From Burkholderiales bacterium (GTDB taxonomy: Bacteria > Pseudomonadota > Gammaproteobacteria > Acidiferrobacterales > Sulfurifustaceae): DNA of 64,000 nucleotides. A program made the translations under genes and the position numbers. The notes under the pieces were generated by a model, which searched no databases, was not told where the DNA came from, and was given only the letters and a program-made list of their open reading frames with translations. The stretch spans positions 1,981 to 65,980 of the forward strand of contig DASVBY010000045.1 in the NCBI GenBank assembly GCA_036381895.1, written 5' to 3'. Shown here piece by piece: positions 38,576-47,418 of this stretch (positions are counted from its first letter, which is position 1; every line of letters starts with the position of its first letter).

Positions 38576-39558
38576 GGCAGCGGCGCCAGCCCGCCGAAGC
38601 GTTCGAAGAACGCGGGGCTCGCCGGCGGCAGCGGTCCGTGCGGACCTTCCAGGCGCTCCATCAGGTAGCGCTCGGTCTCCCCGTAGGTAAGCCGATAGAG
38701 GTCGCGGCACAGGTCGTAGGCGACGCGGCCGGGCCAGTCGCGCGGGAGCAGTTCGGCCGGAAACTGCGGGTCGTGCAGGATCACGCGCCGGAACGCGTGG
38801 ATCAGGAGCGTGCGCACGATGAAGGCCTGTTCGGGGCTCGGCGCCGGGCGCTCCTTGAAGTAGGCGCGGACGGGCTCGAAGCGCTTGATGAAGCGGCGGT
38901 AGTCGCTCGCGAGCTGTCCGAGGTTCCAGCACTGTTCCACCAAGCCCCGCAGCGGCCGCGCCTGCAGCGCGTCGTGCTCGCGCGCCGCCATCACGAATAC
39001 TTTGTGCTCGAGACCGAGGCCGCGCAGGATCTCGCTCAGCGTGGCCGGATCGGCGGCCGGGCGTGCGAACAGGCCCGGGGCGATCATGCCGAAGCCTTCC
39101 CATTCGAGATCCTTGCGGAGCTCGGCGCGCAGCGCCGCGCCATTCCACGTGCGCGGCAGCGCCACCAGGGTCCAGGCGCCGTCCCAGTGCTGCGCCGGCA
39201 GCGTGTACACGCGCCGGTACGCGTGCTCGAAACGGCGGCGGCCCGAGGCGGTGAGGGCGTAGAGGCTGCGGCGGCCTTCGCGGCGCGACTCGAGCCAGCC
39301 TTCGCGCGTCAGCCGAAAGACGCTCGTGCGGGTCAGGCGATGATCGACGCCGAAGGGGGCGAGCAGATCGATCAGGCCCGAGAGCCAGATCTCGCCGCCG
39401 TGGGGAACGATGGCGTCTCCGAGGATGGTAACGACGAGCGACTTGGCGCGCGGGGGCTGCTGCGCCATGAAGCGTTCCAGCCAGCGATCGACGTACGCGT
39501 TTCCGGGAGGAGAGGCGGGCGCATTCTTGCGCGGCGAAGGCGCGGATCGGCTGGCCAT
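38572..39558 (-). CDS. paaX: phenylacetic acid degradation operon repressor PaaX
   Basis: SLVVTILGDAIVPHGGEIWLSGLIDLLAPFGVDHRLTRTSVFRLTREGWL matches PaaX. It is divergent from paaA. Confidence 0.85.
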   Translation of the reverse strand: MASRSAPSPRKNAPASPPGNAYVDRWLERFMAQQPPRAKSLVVTILGDAIVPHGGEIWLSGLIDLLAPFGVDHRLTRTSVFRLTREGWLESRREGRRSLYALTASGRRRFEHAYRRVYTLPAQHWDGAWTLVALPRTWNGAALRAELRKDLEWEGFGMIAPGLFARPAADPATLSEILRGLGLEHKVFVMAAREHDALQARPLRGLVEQCWNLGQLASDYRRFIKRFEPVRAYFKERPAPSPEQAFIVRTLLIHAFRRVILHDPQFPAELLPRDWPGRVAYDLCRDLYRLTYGETERYLMERLEGPHGPLPPASPAFFERFGGLAPLP

Positions 39559-39633
39559 GCGATTTCTACTTGCGGACGGTGGGGATTGTAGCGTCCCCCG
39601 GCGAGCGGGCAACGGCGCCCGCGCAGCGAATTT

Positions 39634-39680
39634 TATGTGTGACAAATTTTTTGTTGACGTATCACGAACTGTATCACATA
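39634..39680. promoter_or_regulatory. GTG(A/T)(T/G)AC repeat set, candidate PaaX operator
   Basis: TATGTGTGAC (39634-39643) and GTATCACATA (39671-39680) form an 8/10 inverted repeat. An extra GTATCAC lies at 39659-39665, 12 bp from the second copy. The repeats bracket the putative -35 and overlap the -10. Confidence 0.4.
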
Positions 39681-39682
39681 AT
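39654..39682 (+). promoter_or_regulatory. sigma70-like promoter TTGACG-N17-CATAAT for the paa operon
   Basis: Read directly in the only AT-rich stretch of the paaX-paaA intergenic region, about 87 nt upstream of the paaA ATG. Confidence 0.5.
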
Positions 39683-39768
39683 CGTTGGCATCCAGACACC
39701 AGGGGCAAAGGCCTGTGTACTCCCCACCGGAACAAAGCCAGGCATCACCCGGGCGCGGCAACGAGCCG

Positions 39769-40707
39769 ATGAGCCCCGAGGAGCGCGCCTTCCAGGCGCG
39801 CATCGACGCGGGCATCAAGATCGAGCCGAAGGACTGGATGCCCGAGGGTTACCGCAAGACCCTGATCCGTCAGATCTCGCAGCACGCGCATTCGGAGTGG
39901 GTCGGACAACTGCCCGAGGGCAACTGGATCACCCGCGCGCCGACCCTGCGCCGCAAGGCGATCCTGCTCGCCAAGGTGCAGGACGAAGGCGGACACGCGC
40001 TCTACCTCTACAGCGCCGCCGAGACGCTCGGCGTCTCGCGCGAGCAGATGGTCGCCGATCTGCACGCCGGCAAGGCCAAGTACTCGAGCATCTTCAACTA
40101 CCCGACGCTCAACTGGGCCGACGTCGGCGCCATCGGCTGGCTGGTCGACGCCGCCGCGATCATCAACCAGATTCCGCTGTGCCGCTGCTCCTACGGTCCG
40201 TATGCGCGCGCGATGGTGCGCATCTGCAAGGAGGAGAGCTTTCACGTGCGTCAGGGCTTCGACATCATGCTGGCGCTCTGCCGCGGCACGCCGGAGCAGA
40301 AGGCCATGGCTCAGGACGCGCTCAACCGCTGGTGGTGGCCGGCGCTGATGATGCACGGCCCGCGCGATGCCGAATCGGTGCACACCGAGCAGTCGGCGCG
40401 CTGGAAGATCAAGCTGTACTCGAACGACGAGCTGCGCCAGCGCTGGGTCGATCAGACGGTGCCGCAAGCGGAGTTCCTCGGGCTCACCATTCCCGACCCC
40501 AAGCTCAAGTGGAACCCCGAACGCGGGCACTACGACTACGGCGAACCCGACTGGGACGAGTTCTGGAACGTGCTGAAGGGCAACGGACCGTGCAATCGCG
40601 AACGGCTGCAGGCGCGTAGAAAGGCTTGGGAAGAGGGCGCCTGGGTGCGCGAAGCGGCGCTCGCGTACGCAGCGAAGCGTGCGCAGCGCGAACGCAAGCG
40701 CGCCTGA
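39769..40707 (+). CDS. paaA: 1,2-phenylacetyl-CoA epoxidase subunit A
   Basis: Near-colinear with E. coli PaaA as I recall it ([54 protein letters not shown]). Confidence 0.95.
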   Translation: MSPEERAFQARIDAGIKIEPKDWMPEGYRKTLIRQISQHAHSEWVGQLPEGNWITRAPTLRRKAILLAKVQDEGGHALYLYSAAETLGVSREQMVADLHAGKAKYSSIFNYPTLNWADVGAIGWLVDAAAIINQIPLCRCSYGPYARAMVRICKEESFHVRQGFDIMLALCRGTPEQKAMAQDALNRWWWPALMMHGPRDAESVHTEQSARWKIKLYSNDELRQRWVDQTVPQAEFLGLTIPDPKLKWNPERGHYDYGEPDWDEFWNVLKGNGPCNRERLQARRKAWEEGAWVREAALAYAAKRAQRERKRA

Positions 40708-40736
40708 GGCGCGGTCAATATCGCCGGAGCATCGCA

Positions 40737-41018
40737 ATGAACGACTGGCCGCTTTGGGAAATCTTCATCCGCAGTCAGCACGGGCTGTCGCACAAGCACG
40801 TCGGCAGTCTGCACGCCGCCGACGGCGAGATGGCGATCAAGCACGCGCGCGACGTGTACACGCGCCGCAACGAAGGCGTGAGCATCTGGGCGGTGAAGGC
40901 GGCCGACATCGTCGCGAGCAGCCCGGGCGACAAGGAGGCGCTGTTCGAGTCCGCGAACAACAAGGTCTACCGCCATCCGACCTTCTACGAGGTTCCGGAA
41001 GGCGTGAAGAACCTGTGA
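40737..41018 (+). CDS. paaB: 1,2-phenylacetyl-CoA epoxidase subunit B
   Basis: WPLWEIFIRSQHGLSHKHVGSLHA...VYTRRNEGVSIWAV matches PaaB. Confidence 0.9.
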   Translation: MNDWPLWEIFIRSQHGLSHKHVGSLHAADGEMAIKHARDVYTRRNEGVSIWAVKAADIVASSPGDKEALFESANNKVYRHPTFYEVPEGVKNL

Positions 41019-41026
41019 GCGCCGCG

Positions 41027-41785
41027 ATGGCCGCGACCGATCCGCGTTTCGAATACCTGCTGCACCTCGGCGACAACTGCCTCGTTCTCGGGCAGCGGCT
41101 CGCGGCGCTTTGCGGGCACGGGCCGGCGCTCGAGGAGAACATCGCGATCACCAACGTTGCGCTCGACCTGATCGGTCAGGCGCGGCTGTGGCTCACGTAT
41201 GCCGGCGAAGTGGAGGGCCGCGGCCGCGACGAGGACAAGCTCGCGTTCCTGCGCGACGGCCACGAGTTCCGCAACTGCCTGCTGGTCGAGCAGCCGAACG
41301 GGAACTACGCCGAGACCATCGCGCGCCAGTTCTACTTCGACACCTGGCACTATTTCGCCCTGAACGCCCTTTCGCGTTCGACCGATGCGCGTATCGCGGA
41401 CATCGCCGCGAAGTCGCTCAAGGAGGTCCGCTACCACCTCGAGCGCAGCAGCGACTGGGTCGTGCGCCTCGGCGACGGCACCGAGGAGAGCCACCGCAAG
41501 ATGCAGGCGGCGCTCGACTGGCTCTGGAGCTACACCGGGGAGCTGTTCGAGGCGTCCGCGGTGGACGCCGCGCTGGTCGCCGAAGGCGTCGCGTTCGCTC
41601 CCGCGTCCATACGCGGCGACTGGCTCGCGCACGTAGAGGAAATCCTCGAGGAAGCGACGCTCGCGCTGCCGACCGGCACCTGGATGCAGTGCGGCGGCCG
41701 CGAGGGACGCCACTCGGAACATCTCGGCTACCTGCTGGCGGAGATGCAGTTCCTGCAGCGCGCTTATCCAGGTGCCCAATGGTGA
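41027..41785 (+). CDS. paaC: 1,2-phenylacetyl-CoA epoxidase subunit C
   Basis: LLHLGDNCLVLGQRL..NIAITNVALDLIGQARLW is PaaC-like. GTG 41015, overlapping the paaB stop, is an alternative start. Confidence 0.9.
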   Translation: MAATDPRFEYLLHLGDNCLVLGQRLAALCGHGPALEENIAITNVALDLIGQARLWLTYAGEVEGRGRDEDKLAFLRDGHEFRNCLLVEQPNGNYAETIARQFYFDTWHYFALNALSRSTDARIADIAAKSLKEVRYHLERSSDWVVRLGDGTEESHRKMQAALDWLWSYTGELFEASAVDAALVAEGVAFAPASIRGDWLAHVEEILEEATLALPTGTWMQCGGREGRHSEHLGYLLAEMQFLQRAYPGAQW

Positions 41786-42303
41786 AGCCCGCCGCCCGCG
41801 AGCCGAACGTTGCGCCGGCCACCGAGGAGATCTGGGGCTGGCTCCACGAAGTACCGGACCCCGAGATCCCGGTGGTCTCGGTGGTCGACCTCGGCATCGT
41901 GCGCGACGTGCGCTGGGCGGACGGGACGCTGGTCGTGACCATCACGCCGACCTATTCCGGCTGCCCCGCGACGCAGGCGATCGAGGCGGCGATCCGTGCC
42001 GCGCTCGAGGCGCACGGGATCGAGAGCCTGCGGCTCGAGACGCGGCTCGCTCCCCCGTGGACCACCGACTGGCTGAGCGAGCGCGGGCGCGAGGCGCTGC
42101 GCGCCTACGGCATCGCCCCGCCCGCCTGCCGGGCGATCGATGTGAGCCGCATCAGCCGGCGCGTGCGCGAACCGGCGGTGAGCTGTCCGCGCTGCGGCTC
42201 GGCGCGCACGGTGCGGGTCAGCCAGTTCGGCTCGACGCCCTGCAAGGCGCATTACCGATGCGAGGCCTGCCTTGAACCGTTCGACTATTTCAAACCCCAC
42301 TGA
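41779..42303 (+). CDS. paaD: phenylacetate degradation protein PaaD (SUF/MIP18-like plus C-terminal Cys cluster)
   Basis: VPDPEIPVVSVVDLGIV and the C-terminal CPRCGS...CKAHYRCEAC. The ATG overlaps the paaC end. Confidence 0.9.
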   Translation: MVKPAAREPNVAPATEEIWGWLHEVPDPEIPVVSVVDLGIVRDVRWADGTLVVTITPTYSGCPATQAIEAAIRAALEAHGIESLRLETRLAPPWTTDWLSERGREALRAYGIAPPACRAIDVSRISRRVREPAVSCPRCGSARTVRVSQFGSTPCKAHYRCEACLEPFDYFKPH

Positions 42304-42318
42304 CCGGCGCTGCGAGCC

Positions 42319-43395
42319 ATGAGCGCGTTCCATCCGCTTCAGGTAGCCTCCGTGGACCGGCTCACGCGCGAGTCGATCGCGGTCACGTTCGCATTGCCCG
42401 AAGCGCTCGCGGACACCTTCCGCTACGTGGAGGGACAGCATCTCACGCTGCGCACGCGGATCGACGGCACGGAGGTGCGCCGTTCGTACTCGATCTGTGC
42501 GGGCCGCGACGAGCGGATGCTGCGCATCGCGATCAAGCGCATTCCCGGAGGCGTGTTCTCGAACTGGGCGAACGATGCGCTCCGCCCCGGGCAGACGCTC
42601 GACGTGCTGCCGCCGACGGGCAGCTTTCACGTGCCCCTCGCTCCGGAGCAGCGCAGGCACTACGTCGCCTTCGCGGCCGGCAGCGGCATCACGCCGATCC
42701 TGTCGATCCTCAAAACGGTGCTCACGGTCGAGCCGCACAGCCGCTTCACGCTGGTCTACGGCAATCGCGCCTCCTCGAGCGTCATGTTTCGCGAGGAGCT
42801 GAGCGATCTCAAGGACCAGCACCTGGAGCGTCTCAATCTCGTGTTCGTGATGAGCCGCGAGCACCAGGATATCGAGCTCCTGAACGGGCGCATCGACCGC
42901 ACCAGGGTCGAGGGGCTGCTGCGCCACTGGATCGATCCACGCGGCATCGACGTCGCGTTCATCTGCGGACCCTACGATATGATGTCGGCCGTCGCCGCGG
43001 TCCTGCAGGAACACGGCGTCGACAAGGCGCGCATCAGGACCGAGCTTTTCAGCACCGAAGGCGCCCCCGTCGCGCGTGCGGCGCGTCCGGCGCGCGCGAC
43101 CGGCGAGGGCCTGTGCGAGGTCACGGTGGTGCAGGACGGGCGCAAGCGGGTGTACACGCTCCAGAAGAACGGGCAGACGCTGCTCGACGGCGCCTTGAGC
43201 CAGGGCGTGGAGCTGCCGTATTCCTGCAAGAGCGGCGTGTGCGCGACCTGCCGCTGCAAGCTGACGAGCGGCGAAGTCGACATGAACGCCGAGTTCGCGC
43301 TCGAGGATTACGAGATCGCGCGCGGCTTCATCCTGGCCTGTCAAAGCTATCCGCTTACCGATAAGATCACGATCGACTACGACCAGGACGCCTAG
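42319..43395 (+). CDS. paaE: 1,2-phenylacetyl-CoA epoxidase reductase subunit (FNR-like plus plant-type 2Fe-2S)
   Basis: RSYSIC flavin-binding motif, NAD(P)-binding domain, and the C-terminal CKSGVCATCRC ferredoxin motif. Confidence 0.9.
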   Translation: MSAFHPLQVASVDRLTRESIAVTFALPEALADTFRYVEGQHLTLRTRIDGTEVRRSYSICAGRDERMLRIAIKRIPGGVFSNWANDALRPGQTLDVLPPTGSFHVPLAPEQRRHYVAFAAGSGITPILSILKTVLTVEPHSRFTLVYGNRASSSVMFREELSDLKDQHLERLNLVFVMSREHQDIELLNGRIDRTRVEGLLRHWIDPRGIDVAFICGPYDMMSAVAAVLQEHGVDKARIRTELFSTEGAPVARAARPARATGEGLCEVTVVQDGRKRVYTLQKNGQTLLDGALSQGVELPYSCKSGVCATCRCKLTSGEVDMNAEFALEDYEIARGFILACQSYPLTDKITIDYDQDA

Positions 43396-43442
43396 GCTGA
43401 GCGGCGCGTCGACGAACAGAACAACCGTGGGGTCGGCACTGC

Positions 43443-44063
43443 ATGGGTAAGTACTACGCCATCGACGGTATCGTGCCGGTGGTGCATCCCACCGCCTACG
43501 TGCACCCGACCGCCGTGCTCATCGGCGATGTCATCGTGGGACCGCGCTGCTATATCGGGCCGAATGCGTCGCTGCGCGGCGACTTCGGCCGGCTGATCCT
43601 CGAGGAAGGGAGCAACCTGCAGGATACGTGCGTGATGCACGGCTTCCCGGGATCGGACACCGTCGTCGGTATCGACGGCCACATCGGCCACGGTGCGGTG
43701 CTGCATGGCTGCCGCATCGAGCGCAACGCCATGGTCGGCATGAATGCGGTGGTGATGGACAATGCCGTAGTCGGCGAATCGAGCATCGTCGCCGCGCTCG
43801 CGTTCGTGAAGGCGGGTGCGGTGATCCCGCCGCGCAGCCTGGTGGTCGGCATTCCCGGCAAAGTGGTGCGCGAGCTGAGCGAGGAGGAGATCGCGTGGAA
43901 GCGCGAGGGCACGGCCAGCTACCAGGCGCTCGCGCGGCGCAGCGCCGAGACGCTGACGCCGGTCGAGCCGCTGCGCGAAGTCGAACCGGACCGGCGCCGC
44001 ATCGAGGGCCGGCTCGCACCGCTCGTCGACGCCAAGCAGGGCTTCGCGCGCAAGAGCGACTGA
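43443..44063 (+). CDS. paaY: left-handed beta-helix hexapeptide protein PaaY (thioesterase/gamma-CA-like)
   Basis: Hexapeptide repeats throughout ([21 protein letters not shown]...). It sits inside the paa operon. Confidence 0.8.
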   Translation: MGKYYAIDGIVPVVHPTAYVHPTAVLIGDVIVGPRCYIGPNASLRGDFGRLILEEGSNLQDTCVMHGFPGSDTVVGIDGHIGHGAVLHGCRIERNAMVGMNAVVMDNAVVGESSIVAALAFVKAGAVIPPRSLVVGIPGKVVRELSEEEIAWKREGTASYQALARRSAETLTPVEPLREVEPDRRRIEGRLAPLVDAKQGFARKSD

Positions 44064-44073
44064 GGACGGACGC

Positions 44074-46122
44074 ATGCGACTGAAGAGCTACGCGCAGGAC
44101 CGATGGGTCGCCGGCGGCGGAGCCGGCGTGGTGCTGCGGCACGCCGTGACGGGCGAACCGGTGGCGGAGGTGAGCAGCGAGGGTCTCGACGTCGGCGCCA
44201 TGCTCGAGCATGCGCGCCGCCGCGGCGGTCCGGCGCTGCGCCGCCTGACCTTCCACGAACGCGCCGCCCGGCTCAAGGCGCTCGCCCAGTACCTGCTGGA
44301 GCGCAAGGAGGAGTTCTACGCGCTCTCGGCCGCGACCGGCGCGACGCGCACCGACTCCTGGATCGACATCGAGGGCGGCATCGGTACGCTGTTCTCCTAC
44401 GCGAGCCTCGGCCGCCGCGCGCTTCCGAACGACACGTATTGTCTCGACGGCGATCCGGAGATTCTCTCGAAGGGCGGCAACTTCGTCGGCCAGCACGTGT
44501 GCGTTCCGCTCGAGGGCGTGGCCGTGCACATCAACGCCTTCAACTTCCCGTGCTGGGGCATGCTCGAGAAGCTCGCACCGACGCTCCTCGCCGGCATGCC
44601 GGCGATCGTGAAGCCGGCGACGCAGACCGCGTACCTGACCGAGCTCGTGTTCCGCCGCATGATCGAGTCCGGAGTCTTTCCGGAAGGCTCGCTGCAGCTC
44701 ATCTGCGGCAGCGTCGGCGACCTCTTCGAGCATCTGACGGCGCAGGACGTCGTGACCTTCACCGGGTCGGCGGCGACCGGCCGGCGGCTGCGCCAGCATC
44801 CGAAGGTCGTGGAGCACGCCGTGCGCTTCAACATGGAGGCCGACTCGCTCAACTTCTCGCTGCTCGGGCCGGACGCGCAGCCGGGAAGCCCCGAGTTCGA
44901 GCTGTTCGTGAAGGAAGTGGTGCGCGAGATGACGATCAAGGCCGGCCAGCGCTGCACCGCCATACGGCGGGCGCTGGTGCCGGAAGGCGCCGCCGCCGCC
45001 GCGGTGGAGGCGCTGCAAGAGCGCCTCGCCAAGGTCGTGGTGGGCGATCCGGCGCGCGAGGGCGTGACCATGGGCGCGCTCGCGAGTCTCGCGCAGCGCG
45101 ACGAGGTGCGCGCGCGGGTGGGCGAGCTCGCGCGTGCCGCGCAGATCGTTCACGGGCGCCTCGACGATACCGAGTTCGTGGGCGCCGACGCGGCGCAGGG
45201 CGCGTTCCTCAAGCCGATCCTGCTCTATTGCGCCGAGCCGCTGCGCAGCCCCGCCGTGCACGACATCGAGGCGTTCGGGCCGGTCAGCACCGTCATGCCG
45301 TACCGCACGGTCGAGGAGGCGATCGAGCTCGCGAAGCGCGGCGGCGGCAGCCTCGCCGGGTCCATCTTCACCTACGACGACGACTTCGCGCGCACCGTGG
45401 CGCTCGGCGTCGCCTCGCATCACGGGCGGCTGCTCATCGGCAACCGCGACTGCGGCAAGGAATCGACCGGCCACGGCTCGCCGCTGCCGACGCTCGTGCA
45501 CGGCGGCCCCGGGCGCGCGGGCGGCGGCGAAGAGCTCGGCGGGGTGCGCTCGGTGCTGCATTACATGCAGCGCACGGCGCTGCAGAGCTCGCCGAGCGCG
45601 ATCGCGCGCATCACCGGACGCTGGGTCCCGGGCGCGGCGCGCCGCGAGGACGCCGTGCACCCGTTCCGCAAGCACTTCGAGGAGCTCGAAATCGGCGATA
45701 CCGTCGCGACGGGCAGCCGTACGGTCACGCTCGAGGACGTCGAGCACTTTGCGCACTTCACCGGGGACACGTTCTACGCGCACATGGACGAGGCGGCGGC
45801 GAAGGCGAACCCGTTCTTCGACGGACGGGTCGCGCACGGCTACTTCATTGTCTCGCTCGCCGCGGGTCTGTTCGTCGAGCCGAATCCCGGTCCGGTGCTC
45901 GCGAACTTCGGAGTCGACAACCTGCGCTTCCTGACGCCGGTCTACGCCGGCGACACGCTGCGTGTGCTGCTCACGTGCAAGCAGAAGACGTCGCGCGACG
46001 ACAAGCACGGCGAGGTGCGCTGGGACACCACCGTGCTCAATCAGGACGGCAAAGTGGTCGCGCACTACGATGTGCTGACGCTGGTCGCTAAGCGCGGCTA
46101 TGCCGTCTCGGCGCCGGCATGA
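44074..46122 (+). CDS. paaZ: bifunctional oxepin-CoA hydrolase / 3-oxo-5,6-dehydrosuberyl-CoA semialdehyde dehydrogenase PaaZ
   Basis: N-terminal aldehyde dehydrogenase domain (catalytic KAGQRCTAIRR) fused to a C-terminal MaoC hot-dog domain (HFAHFTGDTFYAHMD...RVAHGYF). Confidence 0.9.
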   Translation: MRLKSYAQDRWVAGGGAGVVLRHAVTGEPVAEVSSEGLDVGAMLEHARRRGGPALRRLTFHERAARLKALAQYLLERKEEFYALSAATGATRTDSWIDIEGGIGTLFSYASLGRRALPNDTYCLDGDPEILSKGGNFVGQHVCVPLEGVAVHINAFNFPCWGMLEKLAPTLLAGMPAIVKPATQTAYLTELVFRRMIESGVFPEGSLQLICGSVGDLFEHLTAQDVVTFTGSAATGRRLRQHPKVVEHAVRFNMEADSLNFSLLGPDAQPGSPEFELFVKEVVREMTIKAGQRCTAIRRALVPEGAAAAAVEALQERLAKVVVGDPAREGVTMGALASLAQRDEVRARVGELARAAQIVHGRLDDTEFVGADAAQGAFLKPILLYCAEPLRSPAVHDIEAFGPVSTVMPYRTVEEAIELAKRGGGSLAGSIFTYDDDFARTVALGVASHHGRLLIGNRDCGKESTGHGSPLPTLVHGGPGRAGGGEELGGVRSVLHYMQRTALQSSPSAIARITGRWVPGAARREDAVHPFRKHFEELEIGDTVATGSRTVTLEDVEHFAHFTGDTFYAHMDEAAAKANPFFDGRVAHGYFIVSLAAGLFVEPNPGPVLANFGVDNLRFLTPVYAGDTLRVLLTCKQKTSRDDKHGEVRWDTTVLNQDGKVVAHYDVLTLVAKRGYAVSAPA

Positions 46123-46925
46123 CGGGTGACGCCATGGCCTATCAAAACATACTGTTCGATCTTCGCGACGGCATCGCGCGCCTCACGCTCAACCGCCCGG
46201 AGAAGCTGAACAGCTTCACCGAGGCGATGCACGCCGAGATCCGCGACGCGCTCGGGCGGGTGCAGGCGGATTCGGGTGCGCGCGTGCTGCTCCTGACCGG
46301 GGCCGGGCGCGGCTTCTGCGCCGGCCAGGATCTGAGCGACCGGCAGGTGGCGCCGGGGCAGAAGCCGGTCGATCTCGGCGACTCGATCGAGCGCAACTAC
46401 GCGCCGCTGGTGCGCACGCTGCGCGCGCTGCCGCTGCCGGTCGTCTGCGCGGTCAACGGCGTGGCGGCCGGGGCGGGCGCGAACGTCGCGTTCGCCTGCG
46501 ATATCGTGGTCGCCAGGCGCTCGGCGAGCTTCGTCGAGCCGTTTTGCCGCCTCGGGCTCGTTCCGGATACCGGGGGGACGTATTTCCTCCCGCGGCTCGT
46601 CGGCACCGCACGCGCGATGGGGCTCTCGATGCTCGGCGAGAAGCTCTCGGCGGAGCAGGCGGCCGCCTGGGGTCTCATCTGGAAGTGCATCGACGACGAC
46701 AAGTTCGAGACCGAGGTCGAGGCGCTGGTGCAAGGGCTCGCGCAGGCGCCGACGCGCGGGCTTGCGCGCACCAAGCAGGCGATCTACGCGAGCGCAGCGA
46801 ACGACTTCGAGACGCAGCTCATGCTCGAGCGCGACTTCATGCGCGAGCTCGGCAACAGCGACGATTATCGCGAGGGAACGCGCGCCTTCCTCGAGAAGCG
46901 CCCGCCGAAATTCACCGGCCGCTAA
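46119..46925 (+). CDS. paaG: 1,2-epoxyphenylacetyl-CoA isomerase (crotonase family)
   Basis: LTLNRPEKLNSF and GAGRGFCAGQDL crotonase motifs. The ATG overlaps the paaZ stop (ATGA); ATG 46134 is an alternative. Assignment as PaaG rather than PaaF is from context. Confidence 0.75.
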   Translation: MTGDAMAYQNILFDLRDGIARLTLNRPEKLNSFTEAMHAEIRDALGRVQADSGARVLLLTGAGRGFCAGQDLSDRQVAPGQKPVDLGDSIERNYAPLVRTLRALPLPVVCAVNGVAAGAGANVAFACDIVVARRSASFVEPFCRLGLVPDTGGTYFLPRLVGTARAMGLSMLGEKLSAEQAAAWGLIWKCIDDDKFETEVEALVQGLAQAPTRGLARTKQAIYASAANDFETQLMLERDFMRELGNSDDYREGTRAFLEKRPPKFTGR

Positions 46926-46937
46926 GACCGCCGCCTG

Positions 46938-47390
46938 ATGAGCCGCGTGGAGATTCCAAGCGACCCGCAGCAGTTGGCCGAGGCGACGGTGCGGTCGATG
47001 TACCCGCGCGACCATGCCTCGCAGTCGCTCGGCATCGAGGTGCTCGAGGTCGCGCCGGGGTACGCGCGCCTCGCGATGACCGTGCGCCGCGACATGCTGA
47101 ACGGGCACGCCTACTGCCACGGCGGCTTCATCTTCACGCTCGCCGACAGCGCCTTCGCCTACGCCTGCAACAGCTACAACCACAACACCGTGGCCGCCGG
47201 CTGCAGCATCGAATACCTCGCCCCCGGGCGCGAGGGCGACCGGCTCACGGCGGAGGCGGTCGAGCAGACGCGCGTCGGCCGTTCGGGCGTGTACGACGTC
47301 AAGGTGACCAATCAGCAGAATCAGGTAGTCGCGTTGTTCCGCGGCAAGTCCATGCGGATCAAGGGTGAAGTCATCGCTGGGGATACCTGA
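46938..47390 (+). CDS. paaI: hydroxyphenylacetyl-CoA thioesterase PaaI (hot-dog fold)
   Basis: NGHAYCHGGFIFTLADSAFAYACNS is the PaaI signature region. Confidence 0.85.
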   Translation: MSRVEIPSDPQQLAEATVRSMYPRDHASQSLGIEVLEVAPGYARLAMTVRRDMLNGHAYCHGGFIFTLADSAFAYACNSYNHNTVAAGCSIEYLAPGREGDRLTAEAVEQTRVGRSGVYDVKVTNQQNQVVALFRGKSMRIKGEVIAGDT

Positions 47391-47418
47391 ACCAGATGCC
47401 ATCGAACGGGGGTGACCC

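Noticed and set aside
37265-39148. 627-aa minus-strand ORF
   Set aside because: It is antisense to the AI-2E transporter and out of frame with paaX, with low-complexity Arg/Glu/His-rich composition.
43531-46065. 844-aa minus-strand ORF
   Set aside because: It is antisense to paaY and paaZ, which have clear domain signatures. No recognisable motifs.
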